A stretch of DNA of 64,000 bases. Source: the human T2T-CHM13v2.0 reference genome, Homo sapiens. The first letter of the stretch is position 1. Every line of letters begins with the position of its first letter. The stretch lies in NCBI RefSeq assembly GCF_009914755.1, contig NC_060930.1. One strand, given 5' to 3'. Below the pieces are notes generated by a model. It did not search any database and was not told where the DNA came from. It saw only the letters and a list, made by a program, of their open reading frames with translations. A program made the translations under genes and the position numbers. Positions 45,060-62,821 of the stretch are shown piece by piece.

Positions 45060-45960
45060 GGGGAAATTAAAGGCAGGAAGAAAGCAAGTTGAATGAGAAT
45101 GAGGGTAGCAGACATATTGCATTCAGTTTAGACATGTTCTTATGTGGCCTCCAGGTATAGATATCAAATATGTTCATAGCTGGAGGGTTCACTTTTAGAG
45201 ATGGAAGTTTAGTGCTTAACATGTTGGAAGTAAATAAAACTAGTGGATTTGGTTGTTTAGGAAACAACAATAGGGTAAGAAGAGCTGCGGGTAGCTGACG
45301 TATTCTCCAGAACATAGATGTTTAATGGGTAAAAGGAAGACTCGCTTCTGACAAGGAGTGCTCAAGAAGTGGGATAAAACAAGTAGAGTGATGTCACCCA
45401 AGCCACAGGAGTAGAGGGTTTTAAGAGGAAAAAACTAGCTAGCTAACACTGTATATCCAATAAGAGGTCTCTTAAGATAAGGATTAAAACCTCTCCACTG
45501 GCTGCAACATTTGAGAAGACAAGTATAACCTTTGGCATAACAGTTTCCAAGGAGTGGGACTGTGGACACCAGCTTACTGTGAAACCCACAGTGAAGAGAA
45601 AACGGAGGAAGAGGAGGCAGGATGAGAAGACATGCTTTTGGAAAGCTTGGCTGAGAAAAGAAGCATGAGTAAGAAATACCAGTAACCAGAGTGGTAACAA
45701 GGTAAAGAAAGTTTTTTTTTTTTTAATGAAATGTGAGAATATTTATATGCAGAGGGGAATAAATCAGTAGAGAAGGAGAGTTTCAACCTGCCAGAGAACA
45801 AAGAGAGGCAGGCTCTAGCAAGTTGAACTTGGATTCAAGAAACTTCATCCTTCATCTATAAGGGGGAAAAGTAAGGCTAAGTAGATATCTAGACAAATCT
45901 TTTAGAGATAGGGGAGAAGTCAAGACATTTTATACTTTATGGCTTCAATTTTCTCCATAA
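45060..45960 (-). mobile_element. L2 fragment
   Basis: cattcagtttagacatgtt; agagtgatgtcacccaagcca..gagggttttaagagg; cttttggaaagcttggctgagaa. Confidence 0.65.
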
Positions 45961-46040
45961 GTTAAGAGCTATGAAAATTTGATGTGAAGGGTTGAAATAG
46001 GATAGGGGTCTTGAGATTTTGAATAGTTACAGAAAATAAA

Positions 46041-48640
<2,600 letters not shown>

Positions 48641-49232
48641 AGCAGAAAAAAAGGAGAGGCATCTGAAAATAGCCTGAGGCTGATCCGAAATGGGGAGAAT
48701 GCAAGACCTAGATTTTTATCATTAAAGACCCAGGGCAGGAATGCTTGGTGTCCACTAGCAGGAAGATATAATTAAATATAAATAAGATATAGATGAATAT
48801 AGAGAAGTAGGATAAAGCAATACTGCATACTCTCTTCTACCTCCTCCTCATCCTACGTTCCTGCCTAGAAACATATGTACATAAACATCAAAAACTGTAA
48901 TTTTAAAGGGGCAGGGGTAGGGAAAAGAGTACTCTGGTATCCCCAAGTACCAGACATGGTCATGGGAAAGAGCATAGGATTTCGTATTTAATATTGTATC
49001 ATTTTATACACACATAGGCAAAGTATGAGAGTGCCTATTTCCTCACTATCTCTTCAACACAATAGTTTATTAAAATTCTTTATCTTTGATAATCTGATAG
49101 GTTTAAAAATGGCATCTCAATATAATTTTAACTTAATGTGATAATTTTTCTTATTATGAGGGAGGTTGAGCATCTGTTCATATATTTAGGAGTCATTTGT
49201 CTTTCCTATTTTGAGATCTGTCTATTCATTAC

Positions 49233-49652
49233 TGATATACTTTGAGTGTTTGTCCCCTCCAAATCTCCTGTTGAAATGCAATCCCCAGTGTTGGAGGTAG
49301 GGCCTAGTAGAAGATGTTTGGATCCTGGGGTAGATCCCTCATGAATGGCTTGATGCCATCCCCTTGGTGATGAATTGGTGCAACCCCCTCTAGTTTACAC
49401 GAGAGCTGGTTGTTTACAAGACCCTAGCACCTCCTCCCCTCTCTCTTGCTCCCTCTCTTGCCATGTGACACAGCAGCTCCCCTTTCTTTCCACATGACTA
49501 TAAGCTTCCTTAGGCCTCACTAGAAACTGAGCAGATGCTGGCACCATGCTTCTTATACAACCTGCAGAACTGTGAGCCAAATAAACTGCTTTTCTTTATA
49601 AATTACTCAGTCTCAGGTATTCTTTTATAGCAATGCAAAATGGACTAATATG
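49233..49652 (+). mobile_element. MaLR solo LTR (MSTB-like), nested in an old antisense L1ME (~48970-50570)
   Basis: tgatatactttgagtgtttgtcccctccaaatctc..gatccctcatgaatggctt..ttatagcaatgcaaaatggactaata. Confidence 0.9.
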
Positions 49653-49726
49653 ACTGTCTTTGCCCATTTTTTCTAATGGGCAGGTGGTCTTTTTCATATT
49701 GCTTTTTGTAAACCCTTTAAATATAA

Positions 49727-50395
49727 AATTGATCCTCATTATTCATGAATTCCTTTTTTGCAAATCTACTCAATAAAATTATCTGTAATCTTCAAACCAA
49801 TACTCACAGGGCCTTCGTGGTCACTCACAGACAGGCACAGAGCAGCAAAACATTTGTTAGCTGAGGTCAAACAAGGTGACTCTCTGCCTTCCTGTTCCAG
49901 TTCTCATACTGTAAACAAGTGTCCTTTTCATGGTCTATTTAGTGCCATATTTTCCACATTTTCCACATTTTTGTGCTTTTTACTGGTGATGTTGCTGTTG
50001 AAAATGGCCCCTAAATGTAGGGCTGCAGAGCTGTCTAGTGTTCCTAAGGGTGAGAAGGCTGTGGTGTGCCTATGGAGAAAATCCAGGTGTTAGATAAGCT
50101 TCTTTAATGCATGAGTTATAGCACTGTTGGCCATGAGTTCAATGTTAATGAACATTATATACTAAAAAATACATAACAATAATATGTATTCGGTAAGGTG
50201 TCTTTAAATAGAAATACATACAGAACAACGTTACATATTGATTGGTTGAGGAAAATCTTGTGACCAAAGGCTCTCACAGAGAACTAACCCTTTATTTCCC
50301 ATAGGAGCAATAGTTCAGCAGTCGCTAATTCAGGTTTCTCAGTGACTTTATAGAACATAACTATGTTATGTTCTATAAATGATGCCAATCTGCTA
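49727..50395 (+). mobile_element. MER82-like Tigger DNA transposon
   Basis: gatcctcattattc..gctgaggtcaaacaaggtgac..aaaatggcccctaa..gtgttagataagctt..gactttatagaacataacta; ORF 49758..50093 ends in a Tigger transposase N-terminus remnant (MAPKCRAAELSSVPK). Confidence 0.85.
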
Positions 50396-51717
50396 TATTT
50401 AGGAAATTAACTCTTTGTTTATACCATGAAATTATCTTGTCCAGTTTGTCATTTGTCATTTAATTTTGCTTATTTTGGGGGCAAGAATTTTTTTAATTTT
50501 TATGTGGTCGAGTTTACGAATTTATATTTACTATATGCCTCTGGTTGTTGTGATTTAGTTAGAAAGGGAAAAAAATGAATGAGTGGAATAGACACCTAAA
50601 TTCAGATATTACCTGCCATCTGGTTTGTGGACCTCTGCCCAAGCAGAAACAAGCTATCTCTCCATCCGCTCAAATAAAACCCACCTGGTAGAGAGGCAAA
50701 GAGAGATTATATGACTGTTACTTCAAAGGAGCACAATTAGACTCTCTGGGGTACTATTTCACTTTATCCTTGAAATATTTATTTGATGATGGCATAAGCC
50801 CATGGCCTCAGTTACAAAGAAATGCATGAAAGCTTTCACTATTCCTGTTACAAAACACACAGCAAGGGTGTTGTTATATTTTGGGTGTCACATTAAATTT
50901 CACCGAACATAAGCTACAAAAGTTGCTTTTAACAATTATATAAAACTTTCCCTTTAATCAAGTTTGACTGGGAGCATCCCTAAAAGAATGAGAACCAACC
51001 TTCTAGCAAAATAAGGAATGTTTTGTCAATTATCAGCTAAGATTGTCCACAGTTGTATTTTAATGAAGCTGAAAGTGACAAACTGACTCCAAATTGGAAG
51101 TCACACTTCCAGCACCTCAACTTGTCAAATCTCAGGTGAAGGTTGATTTTCAGACTCTGATAGCAACACTCTTGCACAATGCCACCACGCAAAAGCCTCT
51201 CCTTACCCACAATCTTCCTCACCAGTAATTTGACTTCAGCAACAGATATGAATCTGTGACCTAGATGCAAATTATTCCTGATGACATGGATACTAAACTG
51301 TAAAAAGGAACTAACAAAAGCATCCTGTTTGACAAGGGTTCGATTTTACCACCACTAGGGCAGTAAATAGGTCACGCCTGTCAGGACTGGTGAGATTTAT
51401 TATGTGTCATCTACACAATAGTACCATTGAATTTTCAGTGTCTGGTGATTAATCCCACGTTTGTGAGTTCTGGTGCCCTAGAAATGTGTTTGGAATGCTC
51501 AAGGCCTCCCTTCTAGTTCACCATTGGTTATTAGAAAACATTTGTCTTTTGTGTAAAAACAAAAGCACTGTACTCTCTATATTCTCATAATTCCATTAGA
51601 AAAATGAAGTGGATATGTTGTTCTTTAAAGAGGAAAGCGTTATGAAGAAACGAATATCACTGGAGGTGAAGTTATGAGATAGGTTCTCTGTTCTTCCCAC
51701 CTCCTTCTTTCTCTGTC

Positions 51718-52124
51718 TGCTATGAACTAAATTGTGTCCCCCTTAGCCCACTCCAAAAATTCATAGGTTGAAGCCCTAACCTTCAAAGGGACTGTGTTTG
51801 GAGATAGGGCTTTTAGGAGGTAATTGTGGCTAAATGAAGTCATAAGGGAGAGGCAGTAATCTGATAGGATTGGTGGTTTTATAAGAAGAGGAAGAGAGGA
51901 AGATCCTTTCCTCTCCCTCACCCTCTAGGCTCAGGAACCAAGAAAGGTCTTGTGAGGTCACTGCAAAAAAACAGCTGGAAGCCAGGAAGAGGGCCCTCAC
52001 CAGAAACAAACCATGATGGCACCCTGATGTCAAATGTCCAGCCTCCATAATTCTAAGAAAATTAATTTCTATTGCTTACACTACCCATCCTATGGTATTT
52101 TGTTATGGCAGCCCAAACCAAGGC
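51718..52124 (+). mobile_element. MaLR solo LTR (MLT1A/B)
   Basis: tgctatgaactaaattgtgtcccc..ggttgaagccctaacc..tatggtattttgttatggcagccc. Confidence 0.88.
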
Positions 52125-52323
52125 ACTGCCTCTCCTTAGACCAGAGGCTCTGGTGCTTCTGCCATATTGGTTGTGAACAGTCTACTCTGCAGCCACACAT
52201 TTCCTCACATAGTCCCCCGACCCATACCTCAACAGTACTCACAGTCCTAACCTTTGCTAATAACTTCCTCCTCCTCCCAATTAATCAGAATTTCTCCTTT
52301 CTAACCACTGTTCCCTTGAAACA

Positions 52324-52681
52324 TTGTCAATACAGGATGCTATAACAGATTGCCATAGACTAGGTGACTTAAACAATAAGAATATACTTTCTCACAGTTC
52401 TGGAGGCTGGAAGTCTGAGATTAGGGTGCCAGCATGGTTGGGTTCTGATAGGGGCCCTCTTCTAGATTCCAGACAGCTGCCTTCTCCTTGGATCCTCACG
52501 TGGCAGACAGAGAACTAGCTAGCTTTCTGGCCCCTTCCTATAAGGGCATTAATCACATTTATAAGGGCTCCACCCTCATGACCTAATTACCTCCCCAAAG
52601 CCCCACTGCTAAGCACTATCATACTGGGATTAAGGTTTCAACATATGAATTTGGGGAGACACAAATATTCATTCCATTGCA
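52324..52681 (-). mobile_element. MaLR solo LTR (MLT1A0-like)
   Basis: ctcacagttctggaggctggaagtctgagat..ctccaccctcatgacctaattacctccc..aacatatgaatttgggg. Confidence 0.88.
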
Positions 52682-54069
52682 AGAACTGTTTTCTTAGGTG
52701 ACTGGATGATCTGATAAACTATTCCACACTACAGTGTTGATGTCTGTTAATGATTTTATGTGTCACATTCATTTCTTCTCCTTCTCCTAACCCAGGTAGG
52801 TACCTGAAGACAGAGCAGGTCTCCTGAAACTTTCCCGGGTTATTCTCACAGATTCTGATAAGGAAAGAAAAGGCCTGAAAACACAGCTTATTCTGGAGAT
52901 GGGCAGAGGAAGTGGGCAGAAGCACCACCCAGAGGGCTAACATCAAAGTCAAACTACTTCCTTCACAGTCTGGTTCAATGCATTAGGAATTGACCCAGGT
53001 TTTTGGCTTTCTATTCAACAGTCCTTGCAACATATACTCTTGCCTCCTTCAGTGACTTTATTAAAATAAGTTTTAAAAAAACCAAAATGTGATAATTTCA
53101 GGCAATAAAACAGGTCTCGAGAAGAGATATTTGAGGGTGAGGGATTCGTTTTGATCCCCCTTTCCTCTATAGCTCGAGGCTTTCATCCATTTATCAATAT
53201 TTAAGTGTGTATTAATCTTAGTTCACAAATCCAAAGATGTGAGAAATATAGATTAATTTTTTCCTTAGATTAAACTAGGCACAATTCTTAGCCCCCTTCG
53301 CACTAATTTGTGGTGCATCCATCCCTCCAAAGCCCCTTCTCAGCATACAGTCACACCAGAGTCCAAGAGGCTAGGCAGTGCATGGAAATTGGGGGAAAGA
53401 CACTTAATGATTGGTGTCTCCCTAGTGCCCTGTCATCCTCGTTAGCCAAGCCCAGAGTGCTTCCTTGAACAGGCATTTATTTGCTTCTGCACCATGAGTG
53501 GGGTACAGTACCTAAGGTACAACTACCACTCTCACACCCTCCCTGGCAGGTCCTTCCAATTGCACAGGCCTTGACCATGCAATAGGGCATGGGTTTTCCT
53601 TCTCCCCTTTCATCTACTTCAAATACTTACATGTCTTTGACCTTTTATTTTGATCTGTGGGAAAAAAAATCTATCTCCTTCTAATTGTCCTTAAAATGTT
53701 TTGCATAAACTTGTCAAAGCTGAGGCTTTAGGAAAAGAAAAGCCAGGAAGATAAATTCTTACTGACAACTTCTGCTTCTGGTCCATAATAAAAACTTTTT
53801 CTAAGCCAAAAGAACACCAAAGGGTTTGGTTACATTCGGGGAACTGGGAAAGGAAAAGTACAAGGAGAAAGAGTAATATTTTCTTAAGTATTCTGGCCCT
53901 CAAACAACAGATTCTGTGTAGAAATATCTGATAATATTACAGGGCAAATTTTTTTTTTCTGAATATTTTTAGGCGGCTGGTAAGAGCACCAGCCTGGAGA
54001 GAAGACTCAACCCCACTTCTGCTAATAACACTTATAAGCCACTTTTCCTCTGTGGACTAAATTCTGTAC

Positions 54070-54810
54070 ACTTGTTCATTCAACAAACTTTTATAAGCAC
54101 TATGCTCTGCAGGAATTGAGGGAGGATGTGGTATAGGTCCTGAGGCTTCAAGGATATATGTTGACCTCCAGGAGAACATAATCAGCACATAAGCCAAAGG
54201 TCACAATTGCAAGGATAGAGACACTTCCGAGATGCTATGGAGCACTGAGGAAGGAAACTTAACATGACCTGGAGAGGAGCAGTCTCAACTGAGTCCTGCA
54301 GAAGCAGATGAAAATCAGGCCAAGGGTGATGGAAAGGAAGCACTAGAAAGGGTAGCACCGCCAACAGGAGTGACGTGTTAGACTCGTGGAGAGGTTAGTA
54401 GGGATCAAATCTGAGTGTGGCTTTCATGGTGTATTGTCTTTTAGTAGCAATGAAGTATCTTGGAAAAGTTTTGGTGGGAGGTGATGTCATATGCTAAGAA
54501 TTACAGGTCTTTTGCTTTGCTTCGTTTTGTTTGGGCTGCTTAAACAACATCAACTTATCTCACAGTTCTGTAAGTCAGAAGTCTGAAACAGGTCTCACTA
54601 GCTTAAAATCAAAGTGTTGGCAGAGCTGCATTCCTTTCTGGAAGCTTGAGGGGAGACACCATTTTCTTGCCTTTTCCAGCTTCTAGAGCATGGCCACAGT
54701 CCTTAGCTCATGGCCCCTTCCACCTTCAAAGTTAGCAAAGGCAATTCGAGTCCTTCTCACATTGTATCACTCTGACTCTTTTTTTTTAGTCTTCCTCCTC
54801 CACTTTTTCT
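54070..54810 (-). mobile_element. L2 fragment (~54070-54490) and partial MLT1C-like LTR (~54525-54810)
   Basis: ttcattcaacaaac..aagcactatgctctg (L2 end); tctcacagttctgtaagtcagaagtctgaaacaggtctcact..gccttttccagcttctagag (MLT1). Confidence 0.7.
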
Positions 54811-54814
54811 GACA

Positions 54815-55965
<1,151 letters not shown>

Positions 55966-58303
55966 TATGATTTTCTTTTTAAATAACTGAATTTGAAGGT
56001 TGTATGTAAGAAGGATTTTAAAGGAAGCAAAAAGAAAGTAGAAAAGCCAGTTTTCCAGATTAAATCTGATGACCTCATGAACAAACAGTAGGGAAAGGGA
56101 AAAAAAGATGAATTGGAGAAATATTTAGAAAGTAAAACTGTAAGAATTTGGAGCCAGCTGAATGTGGTGGTTTGAAAGAAAGGGAGAAGTGAAAGCCCTT
56201 CCATCTCCCTCATTCCTAAAATGAAAGGGTTAGGCCAGATGGCCTAGAGTGCTTCCCAGCACAAACATTCCCTCTTAAAAGTGAACTCACCTTGCAAATG
56301 TCAAAAGGGTTTATCAAGTGAAATTTACTCAAGGCTCCTTAAAACTGATGTTGCATGCGTTAAATGCTTCTAAGGATAAGCTCCTCTGATTTCAGGGACA
56401 GCTGAGACAGGACAAAATTTAAATGAAAACAATTCAATCTCATTATTTACAAATTAATTGTTAATTAACTGAATTAATTTAAACCATGTTAGCCTCTAAA
56501 TATTCGTCACCCTGTTTTACATAACATTCCACAAGTCAAGCACCAGGGATTTATCATGCTGTTTGGGAATATGGATTCCAATGAGAATTATTTTTTAAAG
56601 TCTGTGCAAGAGGAGGACAGAACAAGATGGCCAAATAGAACCCTTCAGCAATTGTCCCCCTGAAAGAACATCTAATTGAACAACTATCCATGCAAGAAAG
56701 CACCTTCACAAACACCAAAAAAAATCAGGTAAGCAATCATAGTACCTGGTTTTAACATAATATTAAGGATAGAGGCATTGAATAGTGTAGGAAAGACAGT
56801 CTTGCATTGCCTACACCACCCCTCTCCCAGCCCTCCTCAGTGCTATACATGTGGAAGGAGAATCTGTGTGCTTGGGAGAAAGAGACCTAAGTGAGTGTGT
56901 GGGACTTTGCACTGGAACTCCCTGTAGCCCTGTCACAGTGTTGTGAAACACAACCCAAAACAGATTTCTGCTGGTACCCATGGAGGGAGCATTTAGATAA
57001 GCCCTGGACCAGAGGGAAATTATCCCCAGCAGAAGTCCTGGCTGGCTCCACCTTTAGCTGACTCATGGACCTGTGGCCCAGAATAAATTTGAGTGGCAGT
57101 CAGGCCACAAAAACTACAGTCCTTGGGCAAGCCTTAGTGCTGACCTGGTCTGATAAGCAGTGGACCTGGGGTACACATGACCCAGTGCAATACCAGCTGT
57201 GGAGGCCAAGGGAGTGCCTGCATCATCCCGCCCCCAGCTCCAGGCAGTTCAGCTCCAAGAGAGACTACCTCCACTTGGGGAAAGGAGAGGGAAGAGTACA
57301 GAGAACTTTGTCTTGCAACTTGGGTACCAGCTCAGCCACAGTAAAATAAAGCACCAAGCAGATTCCCAAAGCCCCTGATTGCAAGCCTTAATTCCTGGAT
57401 TGTATTTCTAAACCCACCTTGGGCCAGAAGGAAATACACTGCCCTGAAGGGAAGGATCTAGTCCTAGCAGGATTTACCACCTGCTGACTAAAGAGCCCTT
57501 GAGTCTTGAATAAACATCAGTAGTAGTCAGGCAGTAGTTGCTACGGGCCTTGGGTGAGACCCAGTACTGCATTGGCTTCAGGTGTAACCCAGCACAGTGC
57601 CAGCTGTGGTGGACATAGGAGTGCTTACATCCCCTCTGCCAATTCCAGGCAGCCCAGCATGGTCAGAGACTCCTGCTGATTGGAGGAATGAGAGAGAAAA
57701 AAGCAAGAGACTTTTCAGGATAACCTAGGAATTCTCCCTTATTTTACCCAAGTCAACCAATGCTGTCCAATGTTGTGCCTCTAGGAGTTGGCAAGAGTGA
57801 CAGTGCTTCTGGATTTGGGGAACTCCCTGTCCTCTTCTGCCCCCAGTGCTGATACAGCTGCAGCTGCAGTGACTACAGGCTTAAATCACAACACTCAATC
57901 TTCTTTGAATATGTCCTTCTCAAAAAGGATGAGTACAAACAAGCCCAGACTGCAAAGATAGAAATAAATAACTCTTCAGTGCCCAGATATTGACAAATGT
58001 CCACAAGCATGAAGAACATTCAGGAAAATTTGACATCAGAAAACAAACTAAATAAGGCACTAGTGACCAATCTCAGAGTAATAGACTATGTGACCTTTCA
58101 GACAGAATTCAAAACAGTTGTCTTGAGGAAGCTCAGCGAATTTCAAGATAACACAGAGAAGGAATTCAGAATTCTATCAGAAAAAATGTACCAAGAGAAA
58201 TACAAACAACAAGAAATCCTGGAGCTGCAAAATTCAATTGACAAACTGAAAAATGTGTCAGAGTCTCCCAAGAGCAGAATTGATCAAGCAGAAAAAATAA
58301 CTA

Positions 58304-58694
<391 letters not shown>

Positions 58695-59761
58695 TCAAGA
58701 AAGTAGACTTAAAATGACAGATCTAAGAGTTACTGGCCTTAAAGAGGATGTAGAGAGAGATACTGGGGTGGGAAGTTTATTCAAAAAAGTAACAACACAT
58801 AACCCTCTAGATTTAGAGAAAGATGTGAACATCTAGGTACAAAAAGGTTATATAACACCAAGTGGATTCAACCCAAATAAGACTGCCTGAAGGCATATCA
58901 TAATCAAACTCTCGAAGGTCAAGGATAAAAGATCCTAAAAGCAACAACAGAAAATAAGTAAATAACATATAAAGGAGCTTTGATACATCTCACAGCAGAC
59001 TTTTCAGTGGAACCTTACAGGGCAAGAGAGAATGGGATAACATATTCAACATCTGAAGGAAAAATCTTCCAACCTATAATATTATATCAGCAAAATTATC
59101 CTTCAAACATGAAGGAGAAATAGACTTCCCCAGACAAACAAAAGTTGAGGGATTTCATCAACATCAGACCTGTCTTATAAGAAATGCTAAAGGGAGTTCC
59201 TCAATCTTAAAGAAAAGGACATTGATAAACAACAATAAATCATCTGTAGGTATAAAACGCACTGGTAATAGTAAATACACAAACAAATACAGAATACTCT
59301 AACACTACAATTAGTGTGTAAACCACTCATATATTTAGTAGAAAGACTAGAAGACAAAACAATCAAAGAATAACCACAACAACTTTTTACGAGATAGACA
59401 ATATAAAAAGATATAAATAGAGACAACAAAAAGTCAAGAGGTAGGAGACAAAGTTAAAGTGCAGAGTTTTTTTAGTTTTCTCTGCTATGTGTTTGTTTGT
59501 TTATTTGTTTTGCAATCATCAACATTGTCATCAGTTTAAAATATTGGTTATAAGATGTTATTTGCAAGCCTCATGATAACCACAAAATGAAAACATATAA
59601 CAGAGACACACATACAAAAATGCAAGAAATTAAAACATACTACCAGAGAAAATCACTTTTACACAAATTACAAAATGGCAGTAGTAAGTCCTTACCTATC
59701 GATAATAACATTGACTGTAACTGGACTAAATCCCTTAATCAAATACATAGAGTGGCTGAAT

Positions 59762-59764
<3 letters not shown>

Positions 59765-59805
<41 letters not shown>
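59765..59805 (+). repeat. (CA)n microsatellite, about 20 units, inside L1 ORF2
   Basis: Uninterrupted CA run. Confidence 0.97.
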
Positions 59806-59807
<2 letters not shown>

Positions 59808-62800
59808 CCCTACTATATGCTGCCTACAAGAAATTCAATCTATAAAGATACAAACAGCCTGATAATAAAGGAATGGAAAAAATATCCAATGCAAATGGAA
59901 ACTAAAAAAGAGCAGGAGTACCTACACTTGTACTGTCAGATAAAATAGATTTCATGACAAAAACTGTGAAAAAAAAGAAAAAAGAAGAAGACAAACAAGG
60001 TCATTATATAATGATAAAGGGGTCAATTCAGCAAGAAGATATTACACTTGTAAACATATATGCACCCAATACTGAAGCATACAGATATGTAAAGCAAATA
60101 TTAGAGGTATATAGAGAGATATACCCCAATTCAATAATTGTTGGGAACCTCAACCACCTACTTTTAGCATTGGACAAATCATCCAGACAAAAAAGCAACA
60201 TAGAAACATCAGACTTAATCTGCACTATGGACCAAATGGATCTAATAGACATTTACAGAGCATTTGATCCAGTACCTGCCAAATACACATTCTTCTCCTC
60301 TGCTTATGGAACATTCTCAAGGATAGACCATATGGTAGGTCACAAAACAAGTCCCAAAAAATTCAGAAAAACTGAAATCATATCAAGTAACTTTTCCAAC
60401 CACCATAGAATAAAACTAGAAATCAGTAACAGAGGAATTTTGGAAACTATACCAACACATGGAAATTAAACATTACACTCCTGAATGGCTACTGGGTCAA
60501 TGAAGAAATTAAAAAGGAAATTTTAAAATTTTGTGAAACATACCAAAACTTACAAGATACAGCAAAAGCAGTACCAAGAGGGAAGTGTATAACAATAGAC
60601 ATTTCCATCAAAAAAGCAGAAAAACTTCAAACAAATAACAATGCATCATAAAGTACTAGAAAAGCAAAGCAAATCAAATTCAAAATTAATAGAAGAAATA
60701 ATAAAGGTCAGAGTAGACATAAATGTAACGAGACTAAGAAAACACAAAGTATCAATAAAATGAAAAGTTTTTTAAAAACCTTTTTAAATGAACAAAATTG
60801 ACAAACCTTTAGCCAGACTAAGAAAAAAAGAGAGAAGACCCAAATAAATAAAATCAGAGATAAAAAAGGAGATATTAAAACGAATACTACAGAAATTCAA
60901 GGATTATTAGAGACCATTATGAGCAACCACATGCCAATAAGTTGGAAAACCTAGAACAATTGGATATGTTTATAGATGTATAAATGTATTGGATAAACTG
61001 GATACATTTATAGATGTTATAGAACAACTGGATACATTATACAATTTTATACATACAACCTACCAACATGGAACCATGAAGAAATACAAAAACTCAATAG
61101 ACCAACAACAAGTAACAAGACAGAAACTGTAATTAAAAAGTCTCCCAGCAAAGAAAAGCCCAAGACCTGATGGTTTTACTGCTGAATTCTACCAGACACT
61201 TAAAGAAGAACTAATACTAATCCTACTCAAACTATTCCCCAAAATCAGGAAGGGAATACTTCCAAATTTGTTCTGTGAGGCCACTATTACCCTCATATCA
61301 AAACCAGACAAAGACACAACAAAAGAAGAAAACTACAGGCCAATAACTCAGATGAACATAGACGCAACAAAATACTAGCAAACAAAATTCAACAACACAT
61401 TAAAAGGATCACGCATCATGATCAAGTGGGATTCATCCCATGGATGCCAGGATAATTCAACATACACAAATCAATCAATGTGATATATCATACCAACAGA
61501 ACAAAGGACAAAACCCATATGATCATTTCAATTGATGACAAAAAAAATTTGATAAAATTTAACATCCCTTCATGATAAAAACCCTCAGAAATGGGTATAG
61601 AAGGAACATACCTCAACAATATAAAAGCCATATATGACAAACTCATAGCTAGTATCATATCGAAGGGGGAAAAACTGAAAGCCTTTTCTCTAAGATCTGG
61701 AACAAGACAAGGATGCCCATTTTCACTACTGTTTTTTCAACATGTTCTGGAAGTCCTAGCAAGAGCAATCAGACAAGAGAACAAAATAAAGGGCATCCAA
61801 ATTGGAAAGGAGGAAGTCAACCTATCCGTATTTGCAGATAATATGATCTTATATTTGGAAAACCCTAAAGATGACACCAAAACACTACTAGAACTCATTC
61901 AGTAAACGAATTCAGTAAATTTGCAGGATACAAAATAAACACACAAAACTCAGCAGCACTTCTAAAAACAGTGAATAATCTGAAAAAGAAACCAAGAAAG
62001 TAATCTCATTTATAATAGCTACAAATAAAATTAAATGCCTAGGAATAATCTTACCCAATGAAGTAAGAGATCTCTACAATGAAAACTATAAAACATTGAT
62101 AAAAGAAATTGAAGAGGACACACAAAAAATGGAAATATATTCCCATGTTCATAGAGAAGAAGAATCAATATTGTTAAAAATGTTCAACTACCCAAAGAAA
62201 TCTACAGATTCAATGCAATCTCTGTCAAAATACAAATAACATTCTTCACAGAAAAAGAAAGAAGTCCTAATATTTATATGACACCACAAAAGTCCCAGGA
62301 TAACTAAAGCAATCCTTAGCAAAAAAAAAAAAGAAAACTGAAGGAATCACATTATCTGACTTCACATTATACCACAGAGCTATAGTAACCAAAACAACAT
62401 GGTATTGGCAAAAACAGACAAACAGACCAATGGAACAGAAGAGAGAACACAGAAATAAATGCACAGATTTATAGTCAATTCATTTTCAACAAAAATGCCA
62501 AGAATATAATTGGGGAAAGGACAGTCTCTTCAATAAATGGTACTGGAAAAACTGGATATCTATGTGCAGAAGAATGAAACTTGACCCCATCTCTTTCGAT
62601 GTACAAAAATCAAATCAAAATAGATTAAAGACTTAAATCTAAGACCTTGAACTATGAAACAACACAAAGAAAAAATTGGGGAAACTCTCCAGAATATTGG
62701 TCTGGGCAAAGATTTTTGGAGTAAGACCTCAAAAGCACAGACAACCAAAGCACAAATGGATAAATGGAGTCACATTTAAGCTCAAAATCTTCTGCACAGC

Positions 62801-62821
62801 AAAGGAAACAATCAACAAAGT

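Noticed and set aside
53691-53903. Signal-peptide-like N-terminus MRARILKKILLFLLVLFLSQ
   Set aside because: Starts at TTG, and the hydrophobic run is simply the translated polypyrimidine tract of a splice acceptor.
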